From the NCBI GenBank assembly GCA_965233585.1, contig CBDDTI010000746.1, positions 224,001 through 288,000 of the forward strand: a stretch of 64,000 nucleotides of DNA. The letters are read 5' to 3'. The notes below the pieces were generated by a model, which did no database searches, had not been told where the DNA came from, and saw nothing but the letters and a program-made list of their open reading frames with translations. The DNA is from a bacterium (GTDB taxonomy: Bacteria; SAR324; NAC60-12). Positions 18,817 to 29,146 of the stretch are shown piece by piece; the stretch's first letter is position 1, and every line of letters starts with the position of its first letter. The translations under genes and the position numbers were made by a program.

Positions 18817-20187
18817 ATGATGAAGCAGAGGAAAATCTTTGTTTGCTTGAGTGTGGCTTTGTTTTGGCTTGTGGGGTGTAGTTCTAAAAAAGATGAACAG
18901 GAGTCAGTTGGTGCGATTTCTTGTGAGTTTTCTGAACAAGAGGTTTCGCTAAGTGAAGAAAAGTCTGTGACCAAAGGGCTTACTTGTTCCATTCCCTCAA
19001 ATCAAGGGAAGGCTTTGACTATGACCTATGATAAAAATGTCATACAACTTGATGCAGAAGGAGACACAGGAACTGCTGGAAACCTACTGTTCCAAACGTC
19101 CCAAGAAGATGAATTTGAAGCTAAGCTAACAATCAAAGGTCTCAAAGCAGGGACAACGACCATCAAAGCCACTTATGCTGACGTTACTGCATCTTTACAA
19201 GTGCAAGTCAAGGGCAAATACTCGTGGAAACGTATTCCTTCTTCACAAAGTTTAAGCCATCGTGCCAGCTATGTTAGTTTTGTTCAAAACGGCAGAGTTT
19301 GGGTGATTGGTGGAACTGGAAATGGAAATAACACTTACGGAGATGTCTGGAGTACTGCTGACGGAAAAAGCTGGACAAGAGAAACCAGTAATGCCGCTTT
19401 TGGGAAAAGATATTACAGCGCTGGAGTTGCCTTTGACAATAAAATGTGGGTCATTGGGGGTTCTACCACCGGTAAAAAACACAGCAACAGCGTCTGGAAC
19501 AGCTCTGATGGGAAAACTTGGGTCAGAGTCAAGGCAGACAATACCTCAGGATTTAGAGCAAGAAATGACCATACAAGCCTAGTTTTTAAGAACAAAATGT
19601 GGGTCATTGGGGGGTGTGTCAAACCCTCTAGCCTTCCTCAAAGCGTCTATTGCCACAGTGGGCAAACCTCAGACTCTCCTCGTCTAGGAGGTCCTGCAAA
19701 TGACGTCTGGTCTAGCACAGATGGTGCAATTTGGAGAAGAGCCACTGGCAACGCTGGTTTTTCTGCACGTTATAGACACAGAAGTTTGGTGTTTGACAAT
19801 AAAATGTGGGTCATTGGTGGCTGTATCTCCAAAGACGGATACGGAACTTGCTATGCTGACGGTGAAATCCAAAACGATGTTTGGAGTAGTTCTGATGGTG
19901 TTAACTGGACTGAAGAAACTGACAATATTGGATTTGATACAAATATCTTTTTTGACGCCACCGCATTTGATGGCAAAATTTGGTTGACTGGTGGTTGGTT
20001 TAAACATGGTTCAAAAGTTTGGAGCAGCGCTAACGGAAAAAACTGGACTTTAGCCTTTGATTCTGCGTTTACTAAACGTTCTTCACACCGTGCTGTTGTC
20101 GCTCCTAATGGCAACAAATTATGGATTCTTGGTGGGTCAAACCCAGATAAAGTCAACTACTTCCTTGATGTTTGGGAGTCTCTCTAA
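18817..20187 (+). CDS. Lipoprotein with Ig-like stalk and Kelch beta-propeller (copy 1)
   Basis: Lipobox LVGC; GTTTIKATY Ig-like signature; six KMWVIGG...DVWSSxDGxxW repeats. Confidence 0.9.
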   Translation: MMKQRKIFVCLSVALFWLVGCSSKKDEQESVGAISCEFSEQEVSLSEEKSVTKGLTCSIPSNQGKALTMTYDKNVIQLDAEGDTGTAGNLLFQTSQEDEFEAKLTIKGLKAGTTTIKATYADVTASLQVQVKGKYSWKRIPSSQSLSHRASYVSFVQNGRVWVIGGTGNGNNTYGDVWSTADGKSWTRETSNAAFGKRYYSAGVAFDNKMWVIGGSTTGKKHSNSVWNSSDGKTWVRVKADNTSGFRARNDHTSLVFKNKMWVIGGCVKPSSLPQSVYCHSGQTSDSPRLGGPANDVWSSTDGAIWRRATGNAGFSARYRHRSLVFDNKMWVIGGCISKDGYGTCYADGEIQNDVWSSSDGVNWTEETDNIGFDTNIFFDATAFDGKIWLTGGWFKHGSKVWSSANGKNWTLAFDSAFTKRSSHRAVVAPNGNKLWILGGSNPDKVNYFLDVWESL

Positions 20188-20266
20188 AAAACTGTTTTTT
20201 CACTCGTCAAAGTTTGAAGGAATACAAGAAGTTCAACTAACAGTTTAAAATTGAATGGAGAACGTT

Positions 20267-21664
20267 ATGAAACAGAAAAAAATCTTTGTTTGCTTGAGCG
20301 TAGTTCTACTTTGGCTTGTGGGATGTAGTTCTAAAAAAGATGAAGAAAAAAAGGGGGCAGTTGGTGAGATTTCTTGTGAGTTTTCTGAACAAGAGGTTTC
20401 GCTGGGAGAGGAAAAGGCTGTAACCAAAGGCATCACTTGTTCCATTCCCTCAAATCAAGGGAAGGTTTTGACTATGACCTATGATAAAAATGTGATTCAA
20501 CTTGACGCAGAAGGTAACACGGGAACTGCTGGGAATTTGACATTCCAAACGTCTCAAGAAGATGAATTTGAAGCCAAGTTAAAAATCAAAGGTCTCAAAG
20601 TAGGCAAGACAACTATCAAAGCCACTTATGCTGAGGTCACTGCATCTTTACAAGTGCAAGTCAAAGGAAAATATTCATGGAATCTTCGCACAGCCTTTCA
20701 ACCTCCAGAACCTGAGTTTGAGCCTCTTTCTAGTTACGTCAGTCTTGTCTATCGCAACAGAGTTTGGATTATTGGTGGTGTAGGTCGTATTCACAGGAAG
20801 GACGTCTGGAGTAGTGCTGATGGAAAAAGCTGGACAAGAGAAACCACGAATGCGGCTTTTGGTCCAAGAGTTTATAGCTCTGGAGTGGTTTTTAACAATA
20901 AGATGTGGGTCATTGGAGGTACTACTAGCGGCAAGAAACACACCAACAGTGTTTGGAACAGCTCTGATGGAAAAACTTGGGTCAGGGTCAAAGCAGATGA
21001 CAATTCAGGATTTAGAGCAAGAAATGACCATACCAGCTTAGTCTTTAAAAACAGAATGTGGGTCATTGGCGGTTGTGTCAAACCTTCTAGTTTTGGAAAT
21101 ACGCCCCGTTTTGATAGAAATGTCTTTAGTGAAAATCCATACTGCTTTAAAGGACGTGTTTCAGATTCTCCCCGTTTAGGAGGTCTTGCAAATGACGTCT
21201 GGTCTAGCACAAATGGTGCAACTTGGACAAGAGCCACTGGTAACGCTGGTTTTTCTGCACGTAACAGACATAGAAGTTTAGTTTTCAATAACAAAATGTG
21301 GGTGATTGGCGGTTGTAGTTCTAAATACGGGTGTTACATTGAGAATGAGGTCAAAAGTGATGTGTGGAGCAGTTCTGATGGTGTTAATTGGACTGAAGAG
21401 ACTGGGAATGTTGGGGCTGGTTTTGATGGAAATGTCTATTTTGATGCCACTGCATTTGATAACAAAATCTGGTTGACAGGTGGTTGGTATCAATGGGGTA
21501 CAAAAGTTTGGAGCAGTGCAGACGGAAAAAACTGGACTCTAGCTTTTGATTCTGCATTTTTTCCACATTCTTCGCACCGTGCCGTTGTCTCACCTAATGG
21601 CGACAAATTATGGGTTCTTCCTTCAGGTAACCTCATTTTCTTCAATGTTTGGGAGTCTCCCTAA
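20267..21664 (+). CDS. Lipoprotein with Ig-like stalk and Kelch beta-propeller (copy 2)
   Basis: Tandem paralog of the previous gene; GGAG precedes the ATG at 20267. Confidence 0.9.
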   Translation: MKQKKIFVCLSVVLLWLVGCSSKKDEEKKGAVGEISCEFSEQEVSLGEEKAVTKGITCSIPSNQGKVLTMTYDKNVIQLDAEGNTGTAGNLTFQTSQEDEFEAKLKIKGLKVGKTTIKATYAEVTASLQVQVKGKYSWNLRTAFQPPEPEFEPLSSYVSLVYRNRVWIIGGVGRIHRKDVWSSADGKSWTRETTNAAFGPRVYSSGVVFNNKMWVIGGTTSGKKHTNSVWNSSDGKTWVRVKADDNSGFRARNDHTSLVFKNRMWVIGGCVKPSSFGNTPRFDRNVFSENPYCFKGRVSDSPRLGGLANDVWSSTNGATWTRATGNAGFSARNRHRSLVFNNKMWVIGGCSSKYGCYIENEVKSDVWSSSDGVNWTEETGNVGAGFDGNVYFDATAFDNKIWLTGGWYQWGTKVWSSADGKNWTLAFDSAFFPHSSHRAVVSPNGDKLWVLPSGNLIFFNVWESP

Positions 21665-21695
21665 AAAACTGTTACCCCTTAATCTATTCAAAGGC

Positions 21696-22814
21696 TCATT
21701 CTTTGCCATTCAAAAGCAAATCATCATAAATTGCTTGCCAAGACTGCTCAAATTTGGCTGTTGAAAAGTCTGTTTGAGCCTGCTGAAAAGCAGTCTCTCC
21801 ACATTGGTTGCGAAGAGATGGATTTTGCAAGAACTGCAACAGGGCATCGGTCAACTCTGGAATGTGAATGGATTTGGTGCAAAGTCCGTTCACGCGATTT
21901 TTGATGACTTCAGGCAAGCACCCTGTTGGAAAAGCAACAACAGGTGTTCCCACCGAAAAAAATTCAACCGCCACACGGCAAATCATTTCAGAACCAAGCG
22001 ATGAGACAACACCAACGTCACAAAACTTCATCACTTCCCTCACATCACTGCGGTTGCCAATCCATCTGACCTGTCCTTCAATTCCAAGAGTTTTACTGTA
22101 CTGCTGCAATTCTTGAAGACGTTCTTGATCTTCTTGAAAGTTTTTATACAAAACTAACAAAACCACTTGGGGTAACTGCTTGATGAGGTTTTGAAAGGCT
22201 TGCAAAAGAAATTCATGTCCTTTGACTTGGGAGAGTCTGCCAACAATTCCAATGACCAAAGATTCCTTGGGAATTTGAAACTCTGTGCGATAGTCTGGGG
22301 TGTTTCCTAAACTCACCTGAGAGACAGGGTAGGGAATGACATGCTGTTTTGGTTCAGGGATTTTTAATTTTTGTGAGACAAGATGTTGTGCCGCACTGCT
22401 TGGGAACACGCAAGCATTGACCCAATGACCATAAAGTTTGGCATTGAAAAAATGACTTTGGACGCCCCTAGCAGTGCCTCTTGTGCGAATGATTGGAATC
22501 TTGAAGGCATGCGCAGCTCGGACATAAAACAAAAACCCTTCGGAACGATGAGGGTGTAGAAGCTGGATTTGATGTTGTTTTAAAAATTGACAAAAACGAT
22601 GATAAGCAGTTGCAAGTGTGTAGGGATTGGGCGAATTGAAGTTGACATCAAGAAGCAAAGGAAAATCTTTTAAATGGGAGGCATTGAGTGTGTTAGGCTG
22701 TGTGTGAATCCAGACACGATGCCCCAAATTTTGCAACGCTTCTGCAGTAGCTTTGGCATACGCCGCTTCTGCATTCCACCAATGGACGTTGCTGCCAATG
22801 AGAACATTTGCCAT
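21696..22814 (-). CDS. GT4-family glycosyltransferase
   Basis: VGRLSQVKGH, SSLGSE, GTPVVA...GCLPEV. Confidence 0.85.
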   Translation of the reverse strand: MANVLIGSNVHWWNAEAAYAKATAEALQNLGHRVWIHTQPNTLNASHLKDFPLLLDVNFNSPNPYTLATAYHRFCQFLKQHQIQLLHPHRSEGFLFYVRAAHAFKIPIIRTRGTARGVQSHFFNAKLYGHWVNACVFPSSAAQHLVSQKLKIPEPKQHVIPYPVSQVSLGNTPDYRTEFQIPKESLVIGIVGRLSQVKGHEFLLQAFQNLIKQLPQVVLLVLYKNFQEDQERLQELQQYSKTLGIEGQVRWIGNRSDVREVMKFCDVGVVSSLGSEMICRVAVEFFSVGTPVVAFPTGCLPEVIKNRVNGLCTKSIHIPELTDALLQFLQNPSLRNQCGETAFQQAQTDFSTAKFEQSWQAIYDDLLLNGKE

Positions 22815-22829
22815 GACGACAGCATCTTT

Positions 22830-24014
22830 TTAGTCTGTGATGCGGAAGTGTTGTTTAAATTCTTTGGACAACTCAAATTCTACCTTCGCTGCCAATGCAC
22901 GAAAGAATGGCTTGACCGTGTCTTTCACAACATCAATATACATTCCCATACTGGGAAAGCTATCTTGTCTTAATTCTTTTTCTGTATTTTGGGGAGTTTT
23001 GATGATGGGCTTCACATGAGGGGTCAGCAAGATTTCATGGTTTTCATTCGGCTGGGCTTCGCTAAATGACTGCTCTGAAAACCCAATGAGGTACAAACAA
23101 GGTTCGTCCCTAAACTGAAAAATGAGATAGTGCTTGTCTAGCATGAAAGTAAAGCGATTAAGTGCTGCTTTGCTCAATTCAATAAATTCATTGACCAATG
23201 GTTCATTGAGCCAGAATGTTTTGTTTTCACTATGTAACAGGTCATGGTTGGTTTCGTTGAAGTGCTTCATCTTGTCCGATTCCGCACAAACAATCAGATT
23301 GCCTTCCTTCATTCGCTGATTCATCATCATCTTGATTCGTTTGGAAACCTGTTGCATGTCTTCCATAGACATAGATTCAATCGGTTTGTCTATGTCGCCT
23401 TGAAATTGTTGCAACCATGTTTTTAGGTAAGATTCTTTGAGTGTTTGATAAGACTGGAACAAAGGGTCTCTGACCAATGCTTGCACTTTGTCATTGAGTT
23501 GTTCAGCAGATTGTTCCATGTCAATCGTTTTCAGCATTTCTACTAATTTTGAGACACTTTCATCTTCTTTCCATTGCAATAAAAAAATGGCATTGTTCAT
23601 GGTTTGCGTGATGCGCTTCTGTGTTTTTTGTTTAAAAACCTCTGCATCAGCAATCTTTTCTGCCTGATTCCCTTTGGTGAAATGAGAGATGTTGATTTTT
23701 TGACCATCAGGACCTTGAATGGTGGTCAACTGACGGATTTCTGCAAGGATTTCTTCTTCTGGCTTGGCAGAAATGAGAGTAGAGGTCGCCGAAGCACGTA
23801 GCTTGATGAGTCCTTTGTGAATCTCTTCTTGGTCTTTGTATTTTTCAATCATTGCATTCAACCCCCCCAAATACTGCTCAATTTCTGATGCCGCTTGAGG
23901 ATTGAATTTGAATGTAACGCCTTGCTTTTCCCTAGATTCGTAAAGCGATTGAATGTAGCCGAATTGCTGAGCCATGAGTCTGAAAATAAAAAATTGATGA
24001 CAAACTTGCCACAA
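22830..24014 (-). CDS. Hypothetical protein
   Basis: 394-codon ORF, co-oriented with its neighbours; no motif recognised. Confidence 0.7.
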   Translation of the reverse strand: MWQVCHQFFIFRLMAQQFGYIQSLYESREKQGVTFKFNPQAASEIEQYLGGLNAMIEKYKDQEEIHKGLIKLRASATSTLISAKPEEEILAEIRQLTTIQGPDGQKINISHFTKGNQAEKIADAEVFKQKTQKRITQTMNNAIFLLQWKEDESVSKLVEMLKTIDMEQSAEQLNDKVQALVRDPLFQSYQTLKESYLKTWLQQFQGDIDKPIESMSMEDMQQVSKRIKMMMNQRMKEGNLIVCAESDKMKHFNETNHDLLHSENKTFWLNEPLVNEFIELSKAALNRFTFMLDKHYLIFQFRDEPCLYLIGFSEQSFSEAQPNENHEILLTPHVKPIIKTPQNTEKELRQDSFPSMGMYIDVVKDTVKPFFRALAAKVEFELSKEFKQHFRITD

Positions 24015-24039
24015 ATTTTAACACGTTTTGCCTGAAAGT

Positions 24040-24216
24040 TTAGTCTTTACCCTCTAAATATTGAACGATGTCAAGGTTGACTGACCATTCTGCCAAATGT
24101 AGCGGTGTGTCTCTATATCTGTTTTGAGCTTTAACATCTTTGTTACTGGCAAAAATTTGACCAAATCGGGGACTATGTGATAAAGGCGTGGGGATTTCAT
24201 GCTTTGAAGTTTCAAG
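24040..24216 (-). pseudogene. Ankyrin-repeat gene remnant
   Basis: Start-less frame translates to ...DVKAQNRYRDTPLHLAEWSVNLDIVQYLEGKD*. Confidence 0.65.
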
Positions 24217-24263
24217 TCAAATGTTTCAATCAACAGCTCAATGTTTCAATTCACAAGGCAACG

Positions 24264-25625
24264 TCATGTCAATTTAGAACGCATTTGCTTGGCAAGATAG
24301 ATTTCCAAACTTTCCATCATCTCTGAAAGTTCGTCGGTGGTGATAATCATACTTTTACGGTCTGGCATGACAGCATACAAGTATTTGACAAATTCAGGAA
24401 TCGCTTGCAACGTGCCTTCATTCTTTTTCAAACGTGCTTGCCTCATTAAAAAGTTTGAACATTGTTCTGAAGACATTCGTTTGAAGGCTTCATTAAATTG
24501 GCTAACGTGTGCTTCTAATTCCTTGCTGACATCGTTAGGATAGAAGGTTTTGAAGTTTTTGCGTGAGCCTGCAAACTTGGCAAAAACCCACATGCAAACA
24601 CAAACGGCCGCTCCGTCAATGTAGTGAATGTCTTTGACTCCTAAATAACCTGCCATGAAAAATAAAACTCCTGCCAATGCAGAAAAAATTTGCAATGCTA
24701 CTCGGATTTTTTCAACAGCCAAAAATTTATAGTTATATCGTTTTTCACGCCAAAACAAGGTCAAGCCCCCTTGAAAAGGATCGCTTGCCAAAATAATCTC
24801 TTCTGCTGATGCTGTTCGTTCACTCAATTCTTTTTCAAGTCTTTTTTTCCTCTCCAATGCCCGACGGTTCATAATGTCTTGAATCATGTAACGTCTTGTT
24901 CCCCTCATCTGTTCGGCAAGACTTGCAATATGTTCGTAGGGATTTTCTTGATTCAATGAAGTAGATTTATACTCACCACGTGCGGCAACGTAGTCAATGA
25001 TGTCATCGTAGAATTTTTTAGAGACGGTGTGTTTTTTGGCTGTTTTTTTTGAAAAGACGTTAGACTTGTCTTTGCGCTTTTGTCCTTTTTCTTGGTCTTC
25101 TATCTGAGTCTCCTTGCGCATCAGCAGCATGTAAATTTCTTGAATAGACTCATACAACGAGGCGCTGATTTCAATCATTCTGATAAAAACTGCCCCGATG
25201 ATGACAGAAAACCCAGAATACCGCTTGTGATTCAATTCTACTTCAGGTTTTCCAATGCTGGCATATTCTGCAAGAATATGACTAGCAAGCCCGTCAAGGA
25301 ATTCTTGCAACTCTGGGAAGGTTTCCAAGTGCATGATAAGTGCAGCCCATGCCACAGCAGAGTAACGAATAGTTCCCTCATCTTCATTGAGAATTTCTGT
25401 GGCATCAATAAAATAAGAATAGAGATGTTCAGCATGAGTCATCTCGTAAACAGTCCGTGCAATATTACGACTGCTGATGGAAGGGTCTATCTCTTTTTCA
25501 TGGATGATGACAATTCTCCCTGCGACTTGTTCTGCATAGTCATCAGGAATTTGTGTGGGGTCTATACTGGGAAGTGAGATTGCCCCTGTATTTTCTTCTC
25601 CAGTTGTTGTGTCTTCTTCTGCCAT
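24264..25625 (-). CDS. Hypothetical membrane protein
   Basis: 453-codon ORF with a transmembrane hairpin (IFSALAGVLFFMAGY / AAVCVCMWVF) and a coiled segment. Confidence 0.75.
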   Translation of the reverse strand: MAEEDTTTGEENTGAISLPSIDPTQIPDDYAEQVAGRIVIIHEKEIDPSISSRNIARTVYEMTHAEHLYSYFIDATEILNEDEGTIRYSAVAWAALIMHLETFPELQEFLDGLASHILAEYASIGKPEVELNHKRYSGFSVIIGAVFIRMIEISASLYESIQEIYMLLMRKETQIEDQEKGQKRKDKSNVFSKKTAKKHTVSKKFYDDIIDYVAARGEYKSTSLNQENPYEHIASLAEQMRGTRRYMIQDIMNRRALERKKRLEKELSERTASAEEIILASDPFQGGLTLFWREKRYNYKFLAVEKIRVALQIFSALAGVLFFMAGYLGVKDIHYIDGAAVCVCMWVFAKFAGSRKNFKTFYPNDVSKELEAHVSQFNEAFKRMSSEQCSNFLMRQARLKKNEGTLQAIPEFVKYLYAVMPDRKSMIITTDELSEMMESLEIYLAKQMRSKLT

Positions 25626-25818
25626 TTAACGGTGATAAAGCATTGGATTAGGAAAGACTGGTCTCACATCTTTTAAGAGAGTGGCGACAACCAAGTTTTG
25701 AGCATTCATACAAATTCCTTCAACAAGAAATCATGGTCTAAGCAAAAACTCAATATTCCAACCAGAAAAGATGGGTCATGTTGGAACATTGACTTGAATG
25801 CTTAAATCCCCAAGTGAA

Positions 25819-28248
25819 TTAGACAGAATCATTGGCTTGAATCATGGGATTTGTAGGCGTTTGGAACAGGTTAGGAGGTGTTGCCTCAAAGTCTGATGTT
25901 TCTTTTGTCAGTTCTGGAATGATAGGCTTTGGCACATATTCCAAAGCGATTTCAAAAACTTGGTTGACAAATTGAACTGGAGTGATTTTGAGAGACTCTG
26001 TGATTTCACTGGGAATATCTACCAAGTCTTTTTGGTTGTCGTTGGGAATGACAACGTGTGTGATTCCCCCCCTTTTGGCAGCAAGCAATTTTTCTTTCAA
26101 ACCTCCGATTGCCATCACACGTCCACGCAATGTAATTTCTCCTGTCATAGCAACAGACGCATTGACCGGGATTTCAGCTAAGGAGCTTAACAATGAGGTC
26201 GCAATGGTGACGCCTGCAGAAGGTCCATCTTTGGGAATCGCACCTTCAGGGACGTGTAGATGGACATCTGTTTGTTTGAAAATTTTGGAGTCCAGCCCAA
26301 ATTGATGAGCGTTTGCATGGATATAGCTCAATGCGGCTCGTGCAGATTCTCGCATGACTTCTCCAAGATTCCCTGTTAATTTGAGCTTCCCGTCTCCTTC
26401 CATCAAACAAACTTGAGTGGTCAGCATCTCTCCTCCTACTTGAGTCCATGCCAAGCCATAAGTGATGCCAACTTCATTTTGTTTGGTGCTAGCTTCATGT
26501 TGGTATTTTGGGGGACCAAGAAACTTTGCAATTTTTGTAGAGGTGATAGAGACCGACTGAGTTTGTTGGTCTTCAACGATTTGACGTGCGACTTTTCTAC
26601 AAACTTTGCCAATCGTACGTTCCAAATTCCGCACACCTGCCTCTGCAGTGTAATGTTGAATGATTTCTTGGGTGCTGTTTTTCCTGAACGAGATTTGCTT
26701 GGTAGTCAATCCATTTTCAGACATTTGCTTGGGAATCAGATGTTTCTTGGCAATGTGGATTTTTTCTAGCTCTGTGTAACCACTTAATGTCACGACTTCC
26801 ATACGGTCTTGAAGTGCAGGAGGAATGTCTGAAATGACATTGGCTGTGCAGAAAAATAAAACATCAGACAGGTCAAACTCAATTTCCAAGTAGTGATCCA
26901 TGAACGATGAATTTTGTTCACGGTCAAGAACTTCTAGCAAGGCAGCAGCAGGGTCTCCCATGACTCCACTCATCATCTTGTCTATTTCATCTAAAAGAAT
27001 GAGGGGGTTACAGCTGTTGACTTTTTTGAGGGTTTGAATAATTTTACCCGGCATCGCTCCAATGTAGGTTCTGCGGTGTCCTCTAATTTCTGCTTCATCA
27101 TGCACACCCCCAAGACTTACCCTTGCAAATTGACGATCCAATGCCTTTGCAACAGACCTTGCCAATGACGTTTTTCCAACACCCGGAGGACCAACAAGGC
27201 AAATGATCGGTCCCCGCAACGTTCCAACTCTTTGAGCAACTGCCAAATATTCAATGATACGTTCTTTCACTTTTTCTAATCCGTAATGGTCTGTATCAAG
27301 AATTTGTTCAGCACGATTTAAGTTAAGCCTGTCTTTGGTACGTTTCTCCCATGGCATGTCAAGAATCCAGTCAATGTAATTTCTGACGACATTTGCTTCA
27401 CTTGACATGGATTGCATCATACTCAATTTTTTGAGTTCTTTTTCCACAACTCCGATGGCTTCTTTAGAAAGTTTAGTTTTGGCAACTCGTTTGGTGTATT
27501 CTTCAATCTCTGCTTTGCCATCGTCTGATTCTCCTAATTCATTTTGAATCGCCTTGAGTTGCTCGTTTAAATAATACTCTTTTTGAACTTTTCCAATTTG
27601 CCCTTGCACTCTTTCTTTGAGCTTTTTCTCCACTTTTTTAAATTCACTTTCTTCTAACATACGTTCATAAATAAGTTCCAAACGTCTTTGGGGGTCAGAA
27701 GTTTCTAAGATTTCTTGCATTTTGGGAGTATCGCACTCCAAAAATGGAGCAAGGCGGTCTGCCAATGTATTGGGATTGTCTGTTTCTTGCAGAATTTTTC
27801 GGATCATGTCTGAAGGTTTTTGGGAATCATTCAAGCGTTTTTTCAATTCATTCTGAATGTTCTTTGCCAAGGCTGTCATAGTCAAAGCCTCTGATGGGTC
27901 ATCTTCCATAATCTCTATCTCTGCAGTATATGCTTTAGATTTGAGACCAACAGACTTGATCCTTGCTCTTTGCCTCCCTTCAAACAACACTTTGAATGTG
28001 CCATTACTTAACTTCATGACACGTTTGACCTCGCCAATGACACCGATTGTGTAAAGGTCTTCTTGAGTCGGATTTTGGACTTCTGTGTCTCGTTGGGTGA
28101 CCACAAAAATCATGTAATCAGACTGAATAGCAGTTTCAAGAGCTTTGATGGTCATAGACCTTCCTACAAAAAACGGCACAGTCATGTGTGGAAAAACCAC
28201 CAAATTTCTCATCGGCATCATGGGGAACTTGCTTTTTTTCTTAGACAT
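25819..28248 (-). CDS. lon: Lon protease
   Basis: GPPGVGKTS, GHRRTYIGAMPG, PKDGPSAG, GGLKEK. Confidence 0.98.
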   Translation of the reverse strand: MSKKKSKFPMMPMRNLVVFPHMTVPFFVGRSMTIKALETAIQSDYMIFVVTQRDTEVQNPTQEDLYTIGVIGEVKRVMKLSNGTFKVLFEGRQRARIKSVGLKSKAYTAEIEIMEDDPSEALTMTALAKNIQNELKKRLNDSQKPSDMIRKILQETDNPNTLADRLAPFLECDTPKMQEILETSDPQRRLELIYERMLEESEFKKVEKKLKERVQGQIGKVQKEYYLNEQLKAIQNELGESDDGKAEIEEYTKRVAKTKLSKEAIGVVEKELKKLSMMQSMSSEANVVRNYIDWILDMPWEKRTKDRLNLNRAEQILDTDHYGLEKVKERIIEYLAVAQRVGTLRGPIICLVGPPGVGKTSLARSVAKALDRQFARVSLGGVHDEAEIRGHRRTYIGAMPGKIIQTLKKVNSCNPLILLDEIDKMMSGVMGDPAAALLEVLDREQNSSFMDHYLEIEFDLSDVLFFCTANVISDIPPALQDRMEVVTLSGYTELEKIHIAKKHLIPKQMSENGLTTKQISFRKNSTQEIIQHYTAEAGVRNLERTIGKVCRKVARQIVEDQQTQSVSITSTKIAKFLGPPKYQHEASTKQNEVGITYGLAWTQVGGEMLTTQVCLMEGDGKLKLTGNLGEVMRESARAALSYIHANAHQFGLDSKIFKQTDVHLHVPEGAIPKDGPSAGVTIATSLLSSLAEIPVNASVAMTGEITLRGRVMAIGGLKEKLLAAKRGGITHVVIPNDNQKDLVDIPSEITESLKITPVQFVNQVFEIALEYVPKPIIPELTKETSDFEATPPNLFQTPTNPMIQANDSV

Positions 28249-28406
28249 AGTTTTTATGAGCTACTTAGGCTGTAAAAAGTTTGAAGGATCAGCTGAATTT
28301 AAATCACTGGTGAAGGCATCGGATTGTCCTCAAATCTATCCAAAAGAAGACGTCCAAAACCAACCTCCCATTTTACACGATACCCATGAAAAAACTCAAA
28401 TGGGAT

Positions 28407-28823
28407 TTAGAAAAGACAGCCCCAAGGCTCTTGAGAAGGCAGAGAATGCCCCGATATTTGGGACTCTCTTTGGATTTCTGTCCAGAAGCGGCAGCCTCTG
28501 ATTCTGCGTTGGCGGGCGATGTAGAACTCATTGATTCTGGGGGAGGTTTGCGATTGCAGTCTGGCAAATTCTTCAATCGCTGACAAGGCATGAGTGTTGG
28601 CTAACGTCAAATAGCGGGGTTGCCTCGCTTTCTTCCAGCTTTCAAAATAGGTCAACGCCCAGCCAATTTGGCGGTCACCTTGTGAAATTCTAAGATTGAA
28701 AGGCGTTGGACGACCATTTGTCATGTCCCCTTCTTGAAAGTAGCGATTCTGCGTGTGAGAAGAACAGCTTGCTAATAATCCCATCACGCATAAACTAAAC
28801 CATAACTTCAACTGCTTCATCAT
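28407..28823 (-). CDS. Hypothetical lipoprotein
   Basis: Lipobox LLASC. Confidence 0.55.
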   Translation of the reverse strand: MMKQLKLWFSLCVMGLLASCSSHTQNRYFQEGDMTNGRPTPFNLRISQGDRQIGWALTYFESWKKARQPRYLTLANTHALSAIEEFARLQSQTSPRINEFYIARQRRIRGCRFWTEIQRESQISGHSLPSQEPWGCLF

Positions 28824-29028
28824 ATCTATTTTATGCTAAAAACACTTTATTCTTCTGTTCATCGGTTTATTTCCAAAAATCTTGACTGGAAAAAACTCTG
28901 TCTCATTTTGCTTCTCTCGTTCATCAATTCTTGTAGTGGAGGGTCAGGCTGGTTGTGGGATTGGTGCGAAAAAAAGGAATTTGAAAAACGGATTTGCAAA
29001 AAATATTTTGATTAAGTGAATTTTTTGC

Positions 29029-29057
29029 TTGCATTGCAGAATTAATTCATTTATTCT
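29029..29057 (+). promoter_or_regulatory. groESL sigma70-type promoter
   Basis: TTGCAT-17 bp-TATTCT just upstream of the CIRCE element. Confidence 0.6.
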
Positions 29058-29069
29058 AGTTCGCTGTTG

Positions 29070-29096
29070 TTAGCACTTGTGTTTGAATAGTGCTAA
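29070..29096. promoter_or_regulatory. CIRCE operator (HrcA site)
   Basis: TTAGCACTT-N9-TAGTGCTAA, two mismatches from the consensus TTAGCACTC-N9-GAGTGCTAA. Confidence 0.9.
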
Positions 29097-29146
29097 CAAT
29101 TTTTTTGTTTAATCTATTTTAACCTTTTAAATTATAGGAGTTATCT

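Noticed and set aside
18817..21664. Diversity-generating retroelement target/template pair
   Set aside because: No reverse transcriptase in the window. Differences include indels and all base types, and both copies are full genes.
24220..24250. Direct repeat AATGTTTCAAT x2
   Set aside because: Too short in AT-rich DNA to interpret, although it borders the ankyrin relic.
28833..29015. 60-aa ORF upstream of groES
   Set aside because: Short, no recognisable motif or SD, and it lies in a divergent promoter region.
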